Positions 20,396 to 28,590 of a stretch of DNA of 64,000 nucleotides are shown in pieces. Location of the stretch: assembly GCA_031370005.1 (NCBI GenBank), contig JANMPT010000110.1:64001-128000 (forward strand). Reading direction: 5' to 3'. The notes beneath the pieces were generated by a model, which was given only the letters and a program-made list of their open reading frames with translations, made no database searches and had not been told where the DNA came from. The stretch comes from Bdellovibrionales bacterium (GTDB lineage: Bacteria; Bdellovibrionota; Bdellovibrionia; Bdellovibrionales; Bdellovibrionaceae). The position numbers and the translations under genes are program-made. Within the stretch, counting starts at the first letter, position 1. Each line of letters begins with the position of its first letter.

Positions 20396-21364
20396 TCAAG
20401 GCAACTGTCTTGCAGTGGTGCGATTAAATTTATCCTTCAAACACTCTGGACACCAGCGACATTTTCGGATCAAAGCAACAGGGGCATTCCATTGATGCCC
20501 TTGAGCGCACTGAAATTTTGCAATTTTAAGATGATAATTTGGTCCTTCATAAATTTCTGAAAGACATTTGCCGCCCATCCGTTTTGCCAATTCATAAGTT
20601 GCCAGAATCGACTTTCTCATTTTTCCACAGGTCGGGCACCACTTCCCCCTACGAACATTGTGCAAGGCGGCTTTAAAACTATGCCCAAATTTGCATTCCA
20701 AAGAGTATTTCTCACCGGACCCGAGAATATGACCGGTCAGTAATTTCCCTCCGTGACCGCGCACCAACTCCTGCAATTCGTTTAAAGCCAACTCCTCATT
20801 GCAGGCCCGGCACCAAGTCTTGCTCCGAAGCAATGCCTTCAAATGCGACTGCCAGGTATGCCCATTTCTGCAAGCAGCCACAGCCTGATGTCTTTCGCCT
20901 TCAACTCTATTGACGACTCCGCTATGGGAGGAAGCAACGGCTTTAACCTTCTGAAATAGGAGGTTTGCCATTTTATTACTGTATTCATTTCGGCTGCATT
21001 TTCGACACCAATTTCCCTGTTGAACGCTGTTCGGTGATGCAAAAAAATGATGCTTGTTCCGACATTCCCATTCTAGCTTTTCACCACTGGTCAGAGAAAT
21101 TTTCGATACCAGCCGACCACCATTTATTTTGGCCATTTTTTGCATTTTTTCAATGCCATCACGTTTTTGCAGTCCGGCTTCTTTCATGGAGCACTTGCAA
21201 CACCACTGTCCGTTCTGAATGTGATGCCAGGCAGTCGACCACCGATGTCCTTTTTGACATTGCCATCGCAGGTGCTGTCGTGCATTGACGTAAGTCACAG
21301 AAAGGCACCGACCGCCCTTTTCGCGTGCCTTCTCTTTGCAGTCTTTGATCGTGTAGGTTTTCAT
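20396..21364 (-). CDS. Zinc-ribbon repeat protein (5 repeats)
   Basis: Five units of about 60 aa: GGxxL...CxxGHxW/F...WCxxC. Confidence 0.8.
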   Translation of the reverse strand: MKTYTIKDCKEKAREKGGRCLSVTYVNARQHLRWQCQKGHRWSTAWHHIQNGQWCCKCSMKEAGLQKRDGIEKMQKMAKINGGRLVSKISLTSGEKLEWECRNKHHFFASPNSVQQGNWCRKCSRNEYSNKMANLLFQKVKAVASSHSGVVNRVEGERHQAVAACRNGHTWQSHLKALLRSKTWCRACNEELALNELQELVRGHGGKLLTGHILGSGEKYSLECKFGHSFKAALHNVRRGKWCPTCGKMRKSILATYELAKRMGGKCLSEIYEGPNYHLKIAKFQCAQGHQWNAPVALIRKCRWCPECLKDKFNRTTARQLP

Positions 21365-21618
21365 TGCCTCTATTACAAATAAATATAATTTAAAACTCTA
21401 GAAAATTTAGTTTAAAACTGATGTTCTTTTCTTTGGTCTAGGGGGTTGACGGGGTGGACCAGGGAAAGGCCGAGGCTTTTTTGATCCTTAAGATCCGGTC
21501 TCGGATCAATGAGCAGAAAATAAGACTCAAGGTCGTCATAGAGTTCAAAAAGCACGAGCGAAGCGAAAAGTACCCTTGGGGCTTTGAGGTTGTCGAGCTG
21601 TCAGATGTTGTTATCTAA

Positions 21619-21972
21619 CTATAGTTTAAGTGAAAGGTGTCTTGCGAGAGCCTCATCGACTAATCGCATGTGCTCATCGGGCAATTTTCCAATTCTTTTC
21701 TGGAGTCGCTTTTTGTCGAAAGTTCTAACTTGGTGGACTTTGACCTTGCTGTTTTTTAGACCGGCAATGCCGTCGACGGAAACTTCATGGGGATATATTT
21801 TTTCCAGCTTTTGTGACGTAATTGGCACCACGCTAACTAGTGGTGAGAAGGTGTTAGCCACGTCATTTGAGACAATCACGCAGGGTCGCGTTTTTTGGAT
21901 TTCCGCACCAATGGTGGGGTCGAAGTTTGCCCAAAAGATATCGCCTCTTTTAATATTCGTCGTCAAGGCCAT
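21619..21972 (-). CDS. mazF: MazF/PemK toxin
   Basis: KRGDIFWANFDPTIGAEIQKTRPCVIVSND; start is ATG 21972 or TTG 21966. Confidence 0.92.
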   Translation of the reverse strand: MALTTNIKRGDIFWANFDPTIGAEIQKTRPCVIVSNDVANTFSPLVSVVPITSQKLEKIYPHEVSVDGIAGLKNSKVKVHQVRTFDKKRLQKRIGKLPDEHMRLVDEALARHLSLKL

Positions 21973-22195
21973 CTCCAATAGTAGAATCAAGCTCGGCAGC
22001 AAGTTCGCTATCTTCCTTTGCCGTGGCCTTATAGCCTTCGATCATTTCTTGAATCAATGTGTTCTGAGACTTTCCAGCAAAGTACAGTTCCAGTGCCTCC
22101 GCAATCACGGCGGATCTTTCGCGTGGTTTAACCGACTTTCTCAGTTTCTTTGCAACCTTCTCCGGAAGGGAAATATTCATTCTAATTGCACCCAT
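21950..22195 (-). CDS. Ribbon-helix-helix antitoxin (EndoAI/MazE-like)
   Basis: RMNISLPE...RSAVIAEAL...MIEGY; overlaps mazF; GAGGTG RBS. Confidence 0.88.
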   Translation of the reverse strand: MGAIRMNISLPEKVAKKLRKSVKPRERSAVIAEALELYFAGKSQNTLIQEMIEGYKATAKEDSELAAELDSTIGDGLDDEY

Positions 22196-22221
22196 TCAAC
22201 ACCTCGCTTGACTGCCTCCAG

Positions 22222-22243
22222 TATACACACACGGGTGTGTATA
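22222..22243 (-). promoter_or_regulatory. Palindromic operator upstream of mazEF
   Basis: TATACACAC-N4-GTGTGTATA. Confidence 0.65.
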
Positions 22244-22671
22244 GTAAAGGCAATTGTGGCTTGGGTTTATCTAAGCAATACAATAGCTTATGGTGGCGTG
22301 AAGCGTATTTCATCGGTCTATAAAGACCTCGGACAGAGCCAAAAAATATACCTCCATGCAGGGTTGATCTCGGTGCTTGATTTTCCGCAGAGTATTATTG
22401 AGGTCCGACTAGGAAATCCAAAAAGTATCAAAGCCCAATTGTCCCAAGTTTCACCAAGAGAGCTGACTCTATATCTTTCGCAGCAAGCGGTGGAACCGAC
22501 CAACCTCATCGTTAAATCTGAAAAGCGTTTCTACGTCTACAAAGATTAGAGAGCTTTCCGACGTACATGGAGCGCTAGATACATATTCCGATAAATCGGT
22601 AGCAATATACGCACATGACGGTTTGTCTGCATTTAATGAGCTGATAAGGCCATAGCTAATACTAAACGTTG

Positions 22672-24360
22672 CTATAGTTTTAAAAATTTATCATTTTGTG
22701 AAAGAGTCAGGATCGTGTTGGATTCAACAAGCGAAAGATCAAAACCTTCAATCTTATCTTTTAAGATGGCCACTATATACTGACCGTCAACTCCATTTGC
22801 AATTTCAAACATTGTCTTCAGCTGGTTTACATGAATTTCTTCGAGCTTATCATGAAGTGCAAAACGAATAGTATTAGCAGCGAACTTGCTCAAGAATTCT
22901 AGGTAGGCCAAGTCGAACGCAGTTGTTTGTCCCTTCTTTTTTCCAGAACCAACATTCCCTTTTACGTTGTTAATTTTAAACCTATAAAAAGATCCGGCTT
23001 TTCCTTCGTGATCTTCAAATGACAAGACATACTGCTCGTCGTAGAGTTTTCTCGAAATCTCCGCAAAAATCAGATTGAATGCAGTTATTTTCTTTTCGAG
23101 GTCGGCTTCAAAGTCGGCAATTTGATCGTTAATTTGTGCAAGGTTGGAATTAATATCCTTAATGTTTTGAGTTAGCTCCTCTAGAGTTTTGATGAGAGAG
23201 AGCTTCTTGCCCTTTTCCTCGTGAAGAAGATTTAACTCTTTGTCTATTTTCTGAAGATCAGCCAGTGCCCCCTTGTGAGACAAACCTTTGAGCACTTCCT
23301 TCTCTTCGCCAATGTATTTATTCAGCTGCTTATCTCTTTGCTGGATTTCCGATTCAGTTGAAGATATGGATTTCTGAATAAAGCTAATTTTATTAGAGAT
23401 CATTGATTCGTGGAACTTGAGAACTTCCTCGAAAGATTTCTGTAGCTTGGGAATAGAAGATTTAGCTTCTTCATATAACGATTTTATAGTTTCAGGATTA
23501 ATGTTTCCACGAGATTTGCTCAGCTGTTCAATAGTTTGTAAATTTAGATTATATTTGATCCTCAATTTACTAATAGCAATCGACAATTCTGAAATATGCT
23601 TTCTCAATGATTCAAGCGCTTTAATTTCATTAGTTATGCTGTCTGTAAGTTCAAATTTTTCTTTCTTTCGCTCTTGCTCAGTAATGTTAGTGTCGATTAC
23701 AGCAAGCATCTGCTTGAGTGCCTCGTGCGAAAAGTCCTTTAATGCTAATTTTTGGATTGAAAGTCTTTTTCTGTCTCTTGTAAGAACGCTCTTCTGGGTT
23801 AAAAGATCCTGATCTTGAAAACCAAATAAATATAGGTAAACCGCTTCATATACGTCTTCAGGATTACTAGGATGCAAGAACTTGAGTGTATTACTCATTT
23901 CATGGTTATCGATCCGAATGAATTTTTTAATCAATTGCCTATATGATGGCTTACCTGTTTTTAAACCAAGTAAAATTCTTCCTAAATTAGATTTGAAATC
24001 TTCAAGATCAAGTCCAAACTCCTCACCGTTTATAGTAGGTTTCCGATCAAGGCCTCGCGTAATTACGTATTCGGTGCCTTTAACAGATTTTACAGTAAGT
24101 TTGAATTCAACACTATAGTTCTTAAGATAGTTATAAACCTGTTCATTCTTTGTCTTAAACTCAGGATCTGTGAAAATAGCGGTGCCGTCTGATCCCAGGC
24201 AGAAATCAATGGCTCTCAAAAACGTTGTTTTTCCGATGTCATTACCGGACTCAGTAGAGCGATTGGTTGTTACATCAAATACGAGATTCAATCCCTTTTT
24301 AAAGGTGATCTCTCTCACAACTCCGTTCTTATCTGATACAACGAGATTCTTTAAAAACAT
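22672..24360 (-). CDS. lmuB: Lamassu LmuB / ABC-three-component SMC-like ATPase (DUF2326 type)
   Basis: Walker A GNDIGKTT, long central coiled coil, signature variant GSGKK, Walker B FALHD; last gene of a coupled operon. Confidence 0.85.
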   Translation of the reverse strand: MFLKNLVVSDKNGVVREITFKKGLNLVFDVTTNRSTESGNDIGKTTFLRAIDFCLGSDGTAIFTDPEFKTKNEQVYNYLKNYSVEFKLTVKSVKGTEYVITRGLDRKPTINGEEFGLDLEDFKSNLGRILLGLKTGKPSYRQLIKKFIRIDNHEMSNTLKFLHPSNPEDVYEAVYLYLFGFQDQDLLTQKSVLTRDRKRLSIQKLALKDFSHEALKQMLAVIDTNITEQERKKEKFELTDSITNEIKALESLRKHISELSIAISKLRIKYNLNLQTIEQLSKSRGNINPETIKSLYEEAKSSIPKLQKSFEEVLKFHESMISNKISFIQKSISSTESEIQQRDKQLNKYIGEEKEVLKGLSHKGALADLQKIDKELNLLHEEKGKKLSLIKTLEELTQNIKDINSNLAQINDQIADFEADLEKKITAFNLIFAEISRKLYDEQYVLSFEDHEGKAGSFYRFKINNVKGNVGSGKKKGQTTAFDLAYLEFLSKFAANTIRFALHDKLEEIHVNQLKTMFEIANGVDGQYIVAILKDKIEGFDLSLVESNTILTLSQNDKFLKL

Positions 24361-24605
24361 TTAATAATGTCACCCTTTTCGTCTAAGTTTATCTTGCCCA
24401 GCAAAAACAACCAGTCGAGTGTAAGCATAAAGTAATCATATGAAACCTTTGCGCCTGCCTCCACAGTGCCGTCATTTACAGCTCTGAAAAGTACATTGGG
24501 ATCAACCACGCCAAAATTTGACTCCATCAAAGCATGTATAACTTTTGCACCTAAGAAGTAGAGGCTTTTTGTCGGCTCATTATCTTGATCTATCAAAAGC
24601 GTCAT
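24351..24605 (-). CDS. lmuC: Lamassu LmuC / ABC-three-component middle component
   Basis: 84 aa, PTKSLYFLGA...FMLTLDWLFLLG; overlaps both neighbours. Confidence 0.8.
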   Translation of the reverse strand: MTLLIDQDNEPTKSLYFLGAKVIHALMESNFGVVDPNVLFRAVNDGTVEAGAKVSYDYFMLTLDWLFLLGKINLDEKGDIIKCF

Positions 24606-25195
24606 TTGGCTGGCCTCTCCAAAATCTTGCAGTTGATAAAAGCATGGCAGGTCATCGCAATTGATGAAAAATCCAAGTCTTCCTGACTAATACTCACCGA
24701 ATTAGAATTCGACAGATCTTTTTTTACTTCGTTTGCAACTCTCTCAATAATAGTGTCAGCATTTTGGCGAATTATGTCTAGGGGTGTAGTCGTTGAAGAT
24801 TGGCTCTTAAGGACATCACCCTTTATTCGGTCATATCGAGCTTTAAAATTTCGTAGAACTTTAGAGCGTGCTCCAGGACGATGATTGTCTAACTCCTTGT
24901 AGGCTTCATCAATTGCAGCTCCATATTGACCATAATCTTCAATCCAGTGTTTATAGGCCTGCAGGTTATTGTGAGAAATTTTATCTTCGATCGTGTAGGG
25001 TTCATTCGTTTGAGGGACCTGATTAGACACATTTCCAGCGTCGATAATGTCATTCAGCTTAGGAATAAGATCAGCCAAAATACTTGGTAACTTACTAACA
25101 TTTTCCTGGGTTATCGTAATATCCCCACCCGCAGTGATATTATTATTTCCGCTAACTTTTTGCTTAATAGGTCCGGCAGGATTATTTTTTGCCAT
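24602..25195 (-). CDS. lmuA: LmuA-like ABC-3C C-terminal-domain protein; no enzymatic effector domain, N-terminal Gly/Asn motif
   Basis: ATG 25195 after a GGTGGAG RBS (197 aa); PYTIEDKISHNNL...HAFINCKILERP C-terminal domain; N-terminus QKVSGNNNITAGGDITITQ. Confidence 0.75.
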   Translation of the reverse strand: MAKNNPAGPIKQKVSGNNNITAGGDITITQENVSKLPSILADLIPKLNDIIDAGNVSNQVPQTNEPYTIEDKISHNNLQAYKHWIEDYGQYGAAIDEAYKELDNHRPGARSKVLRNFKARYDRIKGDVLKSQSSTTTPLDIIRQNADTIIERVANEVKKDLSNSNSVSISQEDLDFSSIAMTCHAFINCKILERPAK

Positions 25196-25358
25196 AATCT
25201 CCACCAACGGTGGTATTGCCGTCGCCTTTCACTTTTTGATTGGTTTTGTTAAAGCTGTTTTTTATGCTAAAAACTTGAGAGGCAACAACAAGTGAGACAA
25301 CCAGAGAAAGAATTGAGCAAATGCTTGCAGTCAAATTTATTGTTTCTAATGTTGTCAT
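25182..25358 (-). CDS. 58-aa single-pass membrane micro-protein with a C-terminal motif matching the LmuA N-terminus (not in ORF track)
   Basis: GGGGGAACC-ATG; MTTLETINLTASICSILSLVVSLVVASQVFSIKNSFNKTNQKVKGDGNTTVGGDYGKK*; 14-nt overlap with the lmuA start. Confidence 0.85.
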   Translation of the reverse strand: MTTLETINLTASICSILSLVVSLVVASQVFSIKNSFNKTNQKVKGDGNTTVGGDYGKK

Positions 25359-25405
25359 GGTTCCCCCAACGATCTAGTTATCTAAATCGATCCAATATTA
25401 TGGCC

Positions 25406-25675
25406 TCATATGTTTTCATTTAGTCTATTTGAAATTTTGAATAATGCATCATTTGCGAGTTTCTTTAGCCGCATCACTTCCAACTGATTCTCAAAATTTT
25501 TATCAATGTAATGGATCAACTCTAAAAAGTCGTGCGGATCGATGCTCAAGACACCTTTGTTGATCTCTGGGCTTGAAAATCTCATTGGACATTTTTTAAG
25601 GAATTTTTCGAGGGCGGAGGAGACGAAGGGTATTTGAGTGTCGCGAAGTTTGATTTTTATCTCTTTCACGATCAA
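25406..25675 (-). CDS. Hypothetical protein
   Basis: 89-aa ORF with AAGGA RBS, between tRNA-fMet and the Lamassu operon. Confidence 0.45.
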   Translation of the reverse strand: MIVKEIKIKLRDTQIPFVSSALEKFLKKCPMRFSSPEINKGVLSIDPHDFLELIHYIDKNFENQLEVMRLKKLANDALFKISNRLNENI

Positions 25676-25777
25676 ATTTTCCTTCTACAGTTCTACAAGA
25701 TCTCCACTCCAAAGAGGTTCGAATTTTAAATTTCGTCGTACTTTCAGTTGCTTACCAATTTCATTTTGTAGAAAAAA

Positions 25778-25854
<77 letters not shown>

Positions 25855-26021
25855 ACAAGGGAAATGCTTGAATTAGGGGCCAATATAGGCTCCGGCTTCC
25901 GACACGTCAACCCCCAAAGTCTCATATTTATTTTTTGTTTGTGCTATAAGTGAGCAAAAACTCCTCAAAATTTTGCAAAAATGGTTTTAAGATGAGCTCT
26001 TCAATTGGTTTTGGAGTTTAT

Positions 26022-26975
26022 ATGAAAAAGGCACTTAAGGTTTTCGTTATTATTTTTGGAGCTTTTCTTGTTGTTTTTGTGACAACTATTTTGCTTTATG
26101 TGAAATCCCTTCCCTCATCCTGGCAAATAAAACAAACCATCAGTCCTCGCAAAGCTCAAAACCCTGCATTTGTCGTCAAGCACAAGCCGCCTTTTCAAGA
26201 TAAGGAAAAGGCTTATGAAGACAAAGTTGATGATAGCAAGGCGATTTCAATGCAAGTCCTTAAAGATGACTTCATGAATGAAAAGAAACCATTATCCACA
26301 GTATGTGCTTATCTTGGCAACGCCTCGGCGAGCCATTTTTTGCGAGATGATGGCAGTGGCTCTGCAAATGAGTTTATGAAAAACCTTGCTAACGAAAATA
26401 ATAAAGACCCTTTGGCTGAAGCTGCGGCACCCTTATTTCGGGTCTTGTTCCGTATGGATTCTGTTCGGGATCTTGTTGAGACTGTCGAAAAGGCCGAGGC
26501 CGATAATGATGAAGGAATTTTTAAAAAGGCCGAGTTTTACACTAAGCTTGGACTTGCGGGGCAGGATATACGCTCAAGCAAAGGCAAGCTAGATCAGATC
26601 TTAATGAAAAGTTATAATATGTTTATGTTAAGCAGAGCCGTGGGCAAACATCCAGAGCTTGCGCGTGATTCTGCGACCTTGAGTTACTGTGAACAGATTG
26701 AAAAAAATATTAACTTAAATCTCGACTTCAATGTTGAGGAGCAGGCCACAGAGATGCAGAAATTCTTGGACTATGCTCAGGTAGATCCCAAAGAAATCGG
26801 ATATGATCCGAACTATCGATCCGATTTGCAGTTTTCACTGAGCAAAAAGGCATTTGTTATGAATCTGGTGTGGATCGAAAAACTCTTTGCTCGAGATGTT
26901 GCCAAAGCAAAAAAGGAACTCAAGGAAAAAAATAACGAAGGCTCAAAGGCTGCCGAACACTCAAATCCTATTTAG
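26022..26975 (+). CDS. Membrane-anchored hypothetical protein
   Basis: N-terminal TM helix; GGAG RBS before ATG 26022. Confidence 0.75.
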   Translation: MKKALKVFVIIFGAFLVVFVTTILLYVKSLPSSWQIKQTISPRKAQNPAFVVKHKPPFQDKEKAYEDKVDDSKAISMQVLKDDFMNEKKPLSTVCAYLGNASASHFLRDDGSGSANEFMKNLANENNKDPLAEAAAPLFRVLFRMDSVRDLVETVEKAEADNDEGIFKKAEFYTKLGLAGQDIRSSKGKLDQILMKSYNMFMLSRAVGKHPELARDSATLSYCEQIEKNINLNLDFNVEEQATEMQKFLDYAQVDPKEIGYDPNYRSDLQFSLSKKAFVMNLVWIEKLFARDVAKAKKELKEKNNEGSKAAEHSNPI

Positions 26976-27904
26976 CAATTGAGCTTTTCAATTTCAAAAG
27001 GCACGAGCTGCTTTAGGCCCTTTCGACTAGGATGAAGTTGGTATTGATAGGCACAGTTTTTTGAACAAGTGTCTTTTTTAAACTCAAGATGTGAGCACTC
27101 TGTGCATATCAAGCTCACTGAATCGCAACGAATGCATGTAATTTTGATTTCACTCGGCTGTCCACAGTGTGGACAAAGCCCATACTGCGTGCTGGGTTGT
27201 AGGTTCTGATCTAGCGCCACGCGATGATCAAAGACGAAGCATTCGCCTTCAAACTGATCGTTTGGATTTTCTTTAATATAATTGATAATTCCGCCATCTA
27301 ATTGGTAAACATTTTCATAGCCTTGTTTTTGCAATTCAAGAATGCCTTTTTCACAACGGATGCCGCCCGTGCAGAAGATCAGTATTTTCTTTTTTTGTGG
27401 AATCCCTTGAGCCTCAATGTATTGAGGAAAGTCGGTGAACTTTTCAATATTTGGATTCAGAGCCCCTTTAAAAGTGCCAATCTTAAATTCATACCAGTTG
27501 CGCGTATCAATCATCACAAAGTCAGCTTCTTCTTTTAAAACTTTATTCCACTCTGCAGGGGTTAAATGGTGGTTGTTTCCCTCTGGAGGCAGAGTTCCCG
27601 GAATTCCAGCGGTTACAATTTCTTCACGGATTTTAACCTTAAAGCGACGAAAAGGAGCTTTCGGGGAGTTAGAATCCTTAAAAAATAAATTCGCCACTTT
27701 GAAGTACTCACAGATAAACGCCTTCCACGCGTTGAAGCTTTCTAAGGAGTCCGCAGCGCAGGTAGAATTAAAGCCCTCAGGGCCAAGGATGACGAGGCCT
27801 TTAACATTGTATTCAGCAGCTTTAGTTTCGAGGTCTTTTTGAATTTGTGCGGGATTTTCAAGAGTTAGAAACTTATAGAAAGCCGTAACATAATAGTTAG
27901 CCAT
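26972..27904 (-). CDS. trhO: Rhodanese-domain tRNA U34 hydroxylase (TrhO/YceA family)
   Basis: IDTRNWYEFKIGTFKGA, FCTGGIRCEK, CFVFDHR. Confidence 0.88.
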   Translation of the reverse strand: MANYYVTAFYKFLTLENPAQIQKDLETKAAEYNVKGLVILGPEGFNSTCAADSLESFNAWKAFICEYFKVANLFFKDSNSPKAPFRRFKVKIREEIVTAGIPGTLPPEGNNHHLTPAEWNKVLKEEADFVMIDTRNWYEFKIGTFKGALNPNIEKFTDFPQYIEAQGIPQKKKILIFCTGGIRCEKGILELQKQGYENVYQLDGGIINYIKENPNDQFEGECFVFDHRVALDQNLQPSTQYGLCPHCGQPSEIKITCIRCDSVSLICTECSHLEFKKDTCSKNCAYQYQLHPSRKGLKQLVPFEIEKLNC

Positions 27905-28005
27905 GCATATACTCCAATTGTCCTACCTAAGCTGCAAACTCAGGGGAGTTGAAATTGATACTGTGTTAATAGTAGATAAAGAAAAGATCCGTCAAGTCGA
28001 TTGTC

Positions 28006-28464
28006 TTATTTACGCCTGCTTTTTTTGTGGGCATGAGGGCTGTGGTGGCGAAGGGCAAGCTCTTGATCTGTTTTCATCTCGACCTCTTCAATTCCACCTG
28101 GGGTATTTCGAAAAGCAGCACCGAGCTCGGTGCGTGGGCTGTCTTCATCGGCTTGATTTTGTAAACCACGAATGGAGGAATCCATGGCGTCTGCCGCGCG
28201 ATCCATTTGTTCTTTTACGTCAATTTCACCTTCGCTAAAGGCCTTTGGTTCTTTTTCTAGCATGCCGAGAGAGTGGGACTTGGCCCCGAGATTTTCATCG
28301 ATTTGGCGAAGTTTCTTTGTGGCATCTTGATCGGTTAAGATGTCACTTTCATCTTTCTCATCTTCAGAGGCCTCGCCACGGGTGATCTTGGTAAACCCTG
28401 GTGTGGACACTCGTCCATCATTGCTAGGGGCTAGTAATTGGAAAAATAACTTTGGGATGGTCAT
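28006..28464 (-). CDS. Hypothetical acidic protein
   Basis: 152-aa ORF with GAGGAG RBS. Confidence 0.65.
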   Translation of the reverse strand: MTIPKLFFQLLAPSNDGRVSTPGFTKITRGEASEDEKDESDILTDQDATKKLRQIDENLGAKSHSLGMLEKEPKAFSEGEIDVKEQMDRAADAMDSSIRGLQNQADEDSPRTELGAAFRNTPGGIEEVEMKTDQELALRHHSPHAHKKSRRK

Positions 28465-28590
28465 ATATCCTCCTCTGGAAATTCTATTAAGGACTCCTTT
28501 TCCTTGGGGGGGAACCTGTATTTTGTCACAAATCCCTTGTCCCAGTGATTTCCATCATTTATAACATTTTTTTGCGCTTAAAGTTGAAGG

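Noticed and set aside
21584..22549. 321-aa plus-strand ORF
   Set aside because: Mostly the antisense shadow of mazEF. Only the last 90 aa or so (KIYLHAGLISVLDFPQSIIEVRLGNP) may be a remnant of a secretion/conjugation protein, too weak to call.
24602..25358. Micro-ORF and lmuA as one frameshifted gene
   Set aside because: Each has its own RBS and start codon, the micro-ORF has its own stop, and the 14-nt overlap resembles the other coupled junctions of the operon. Read-level confirmation is still advisable.
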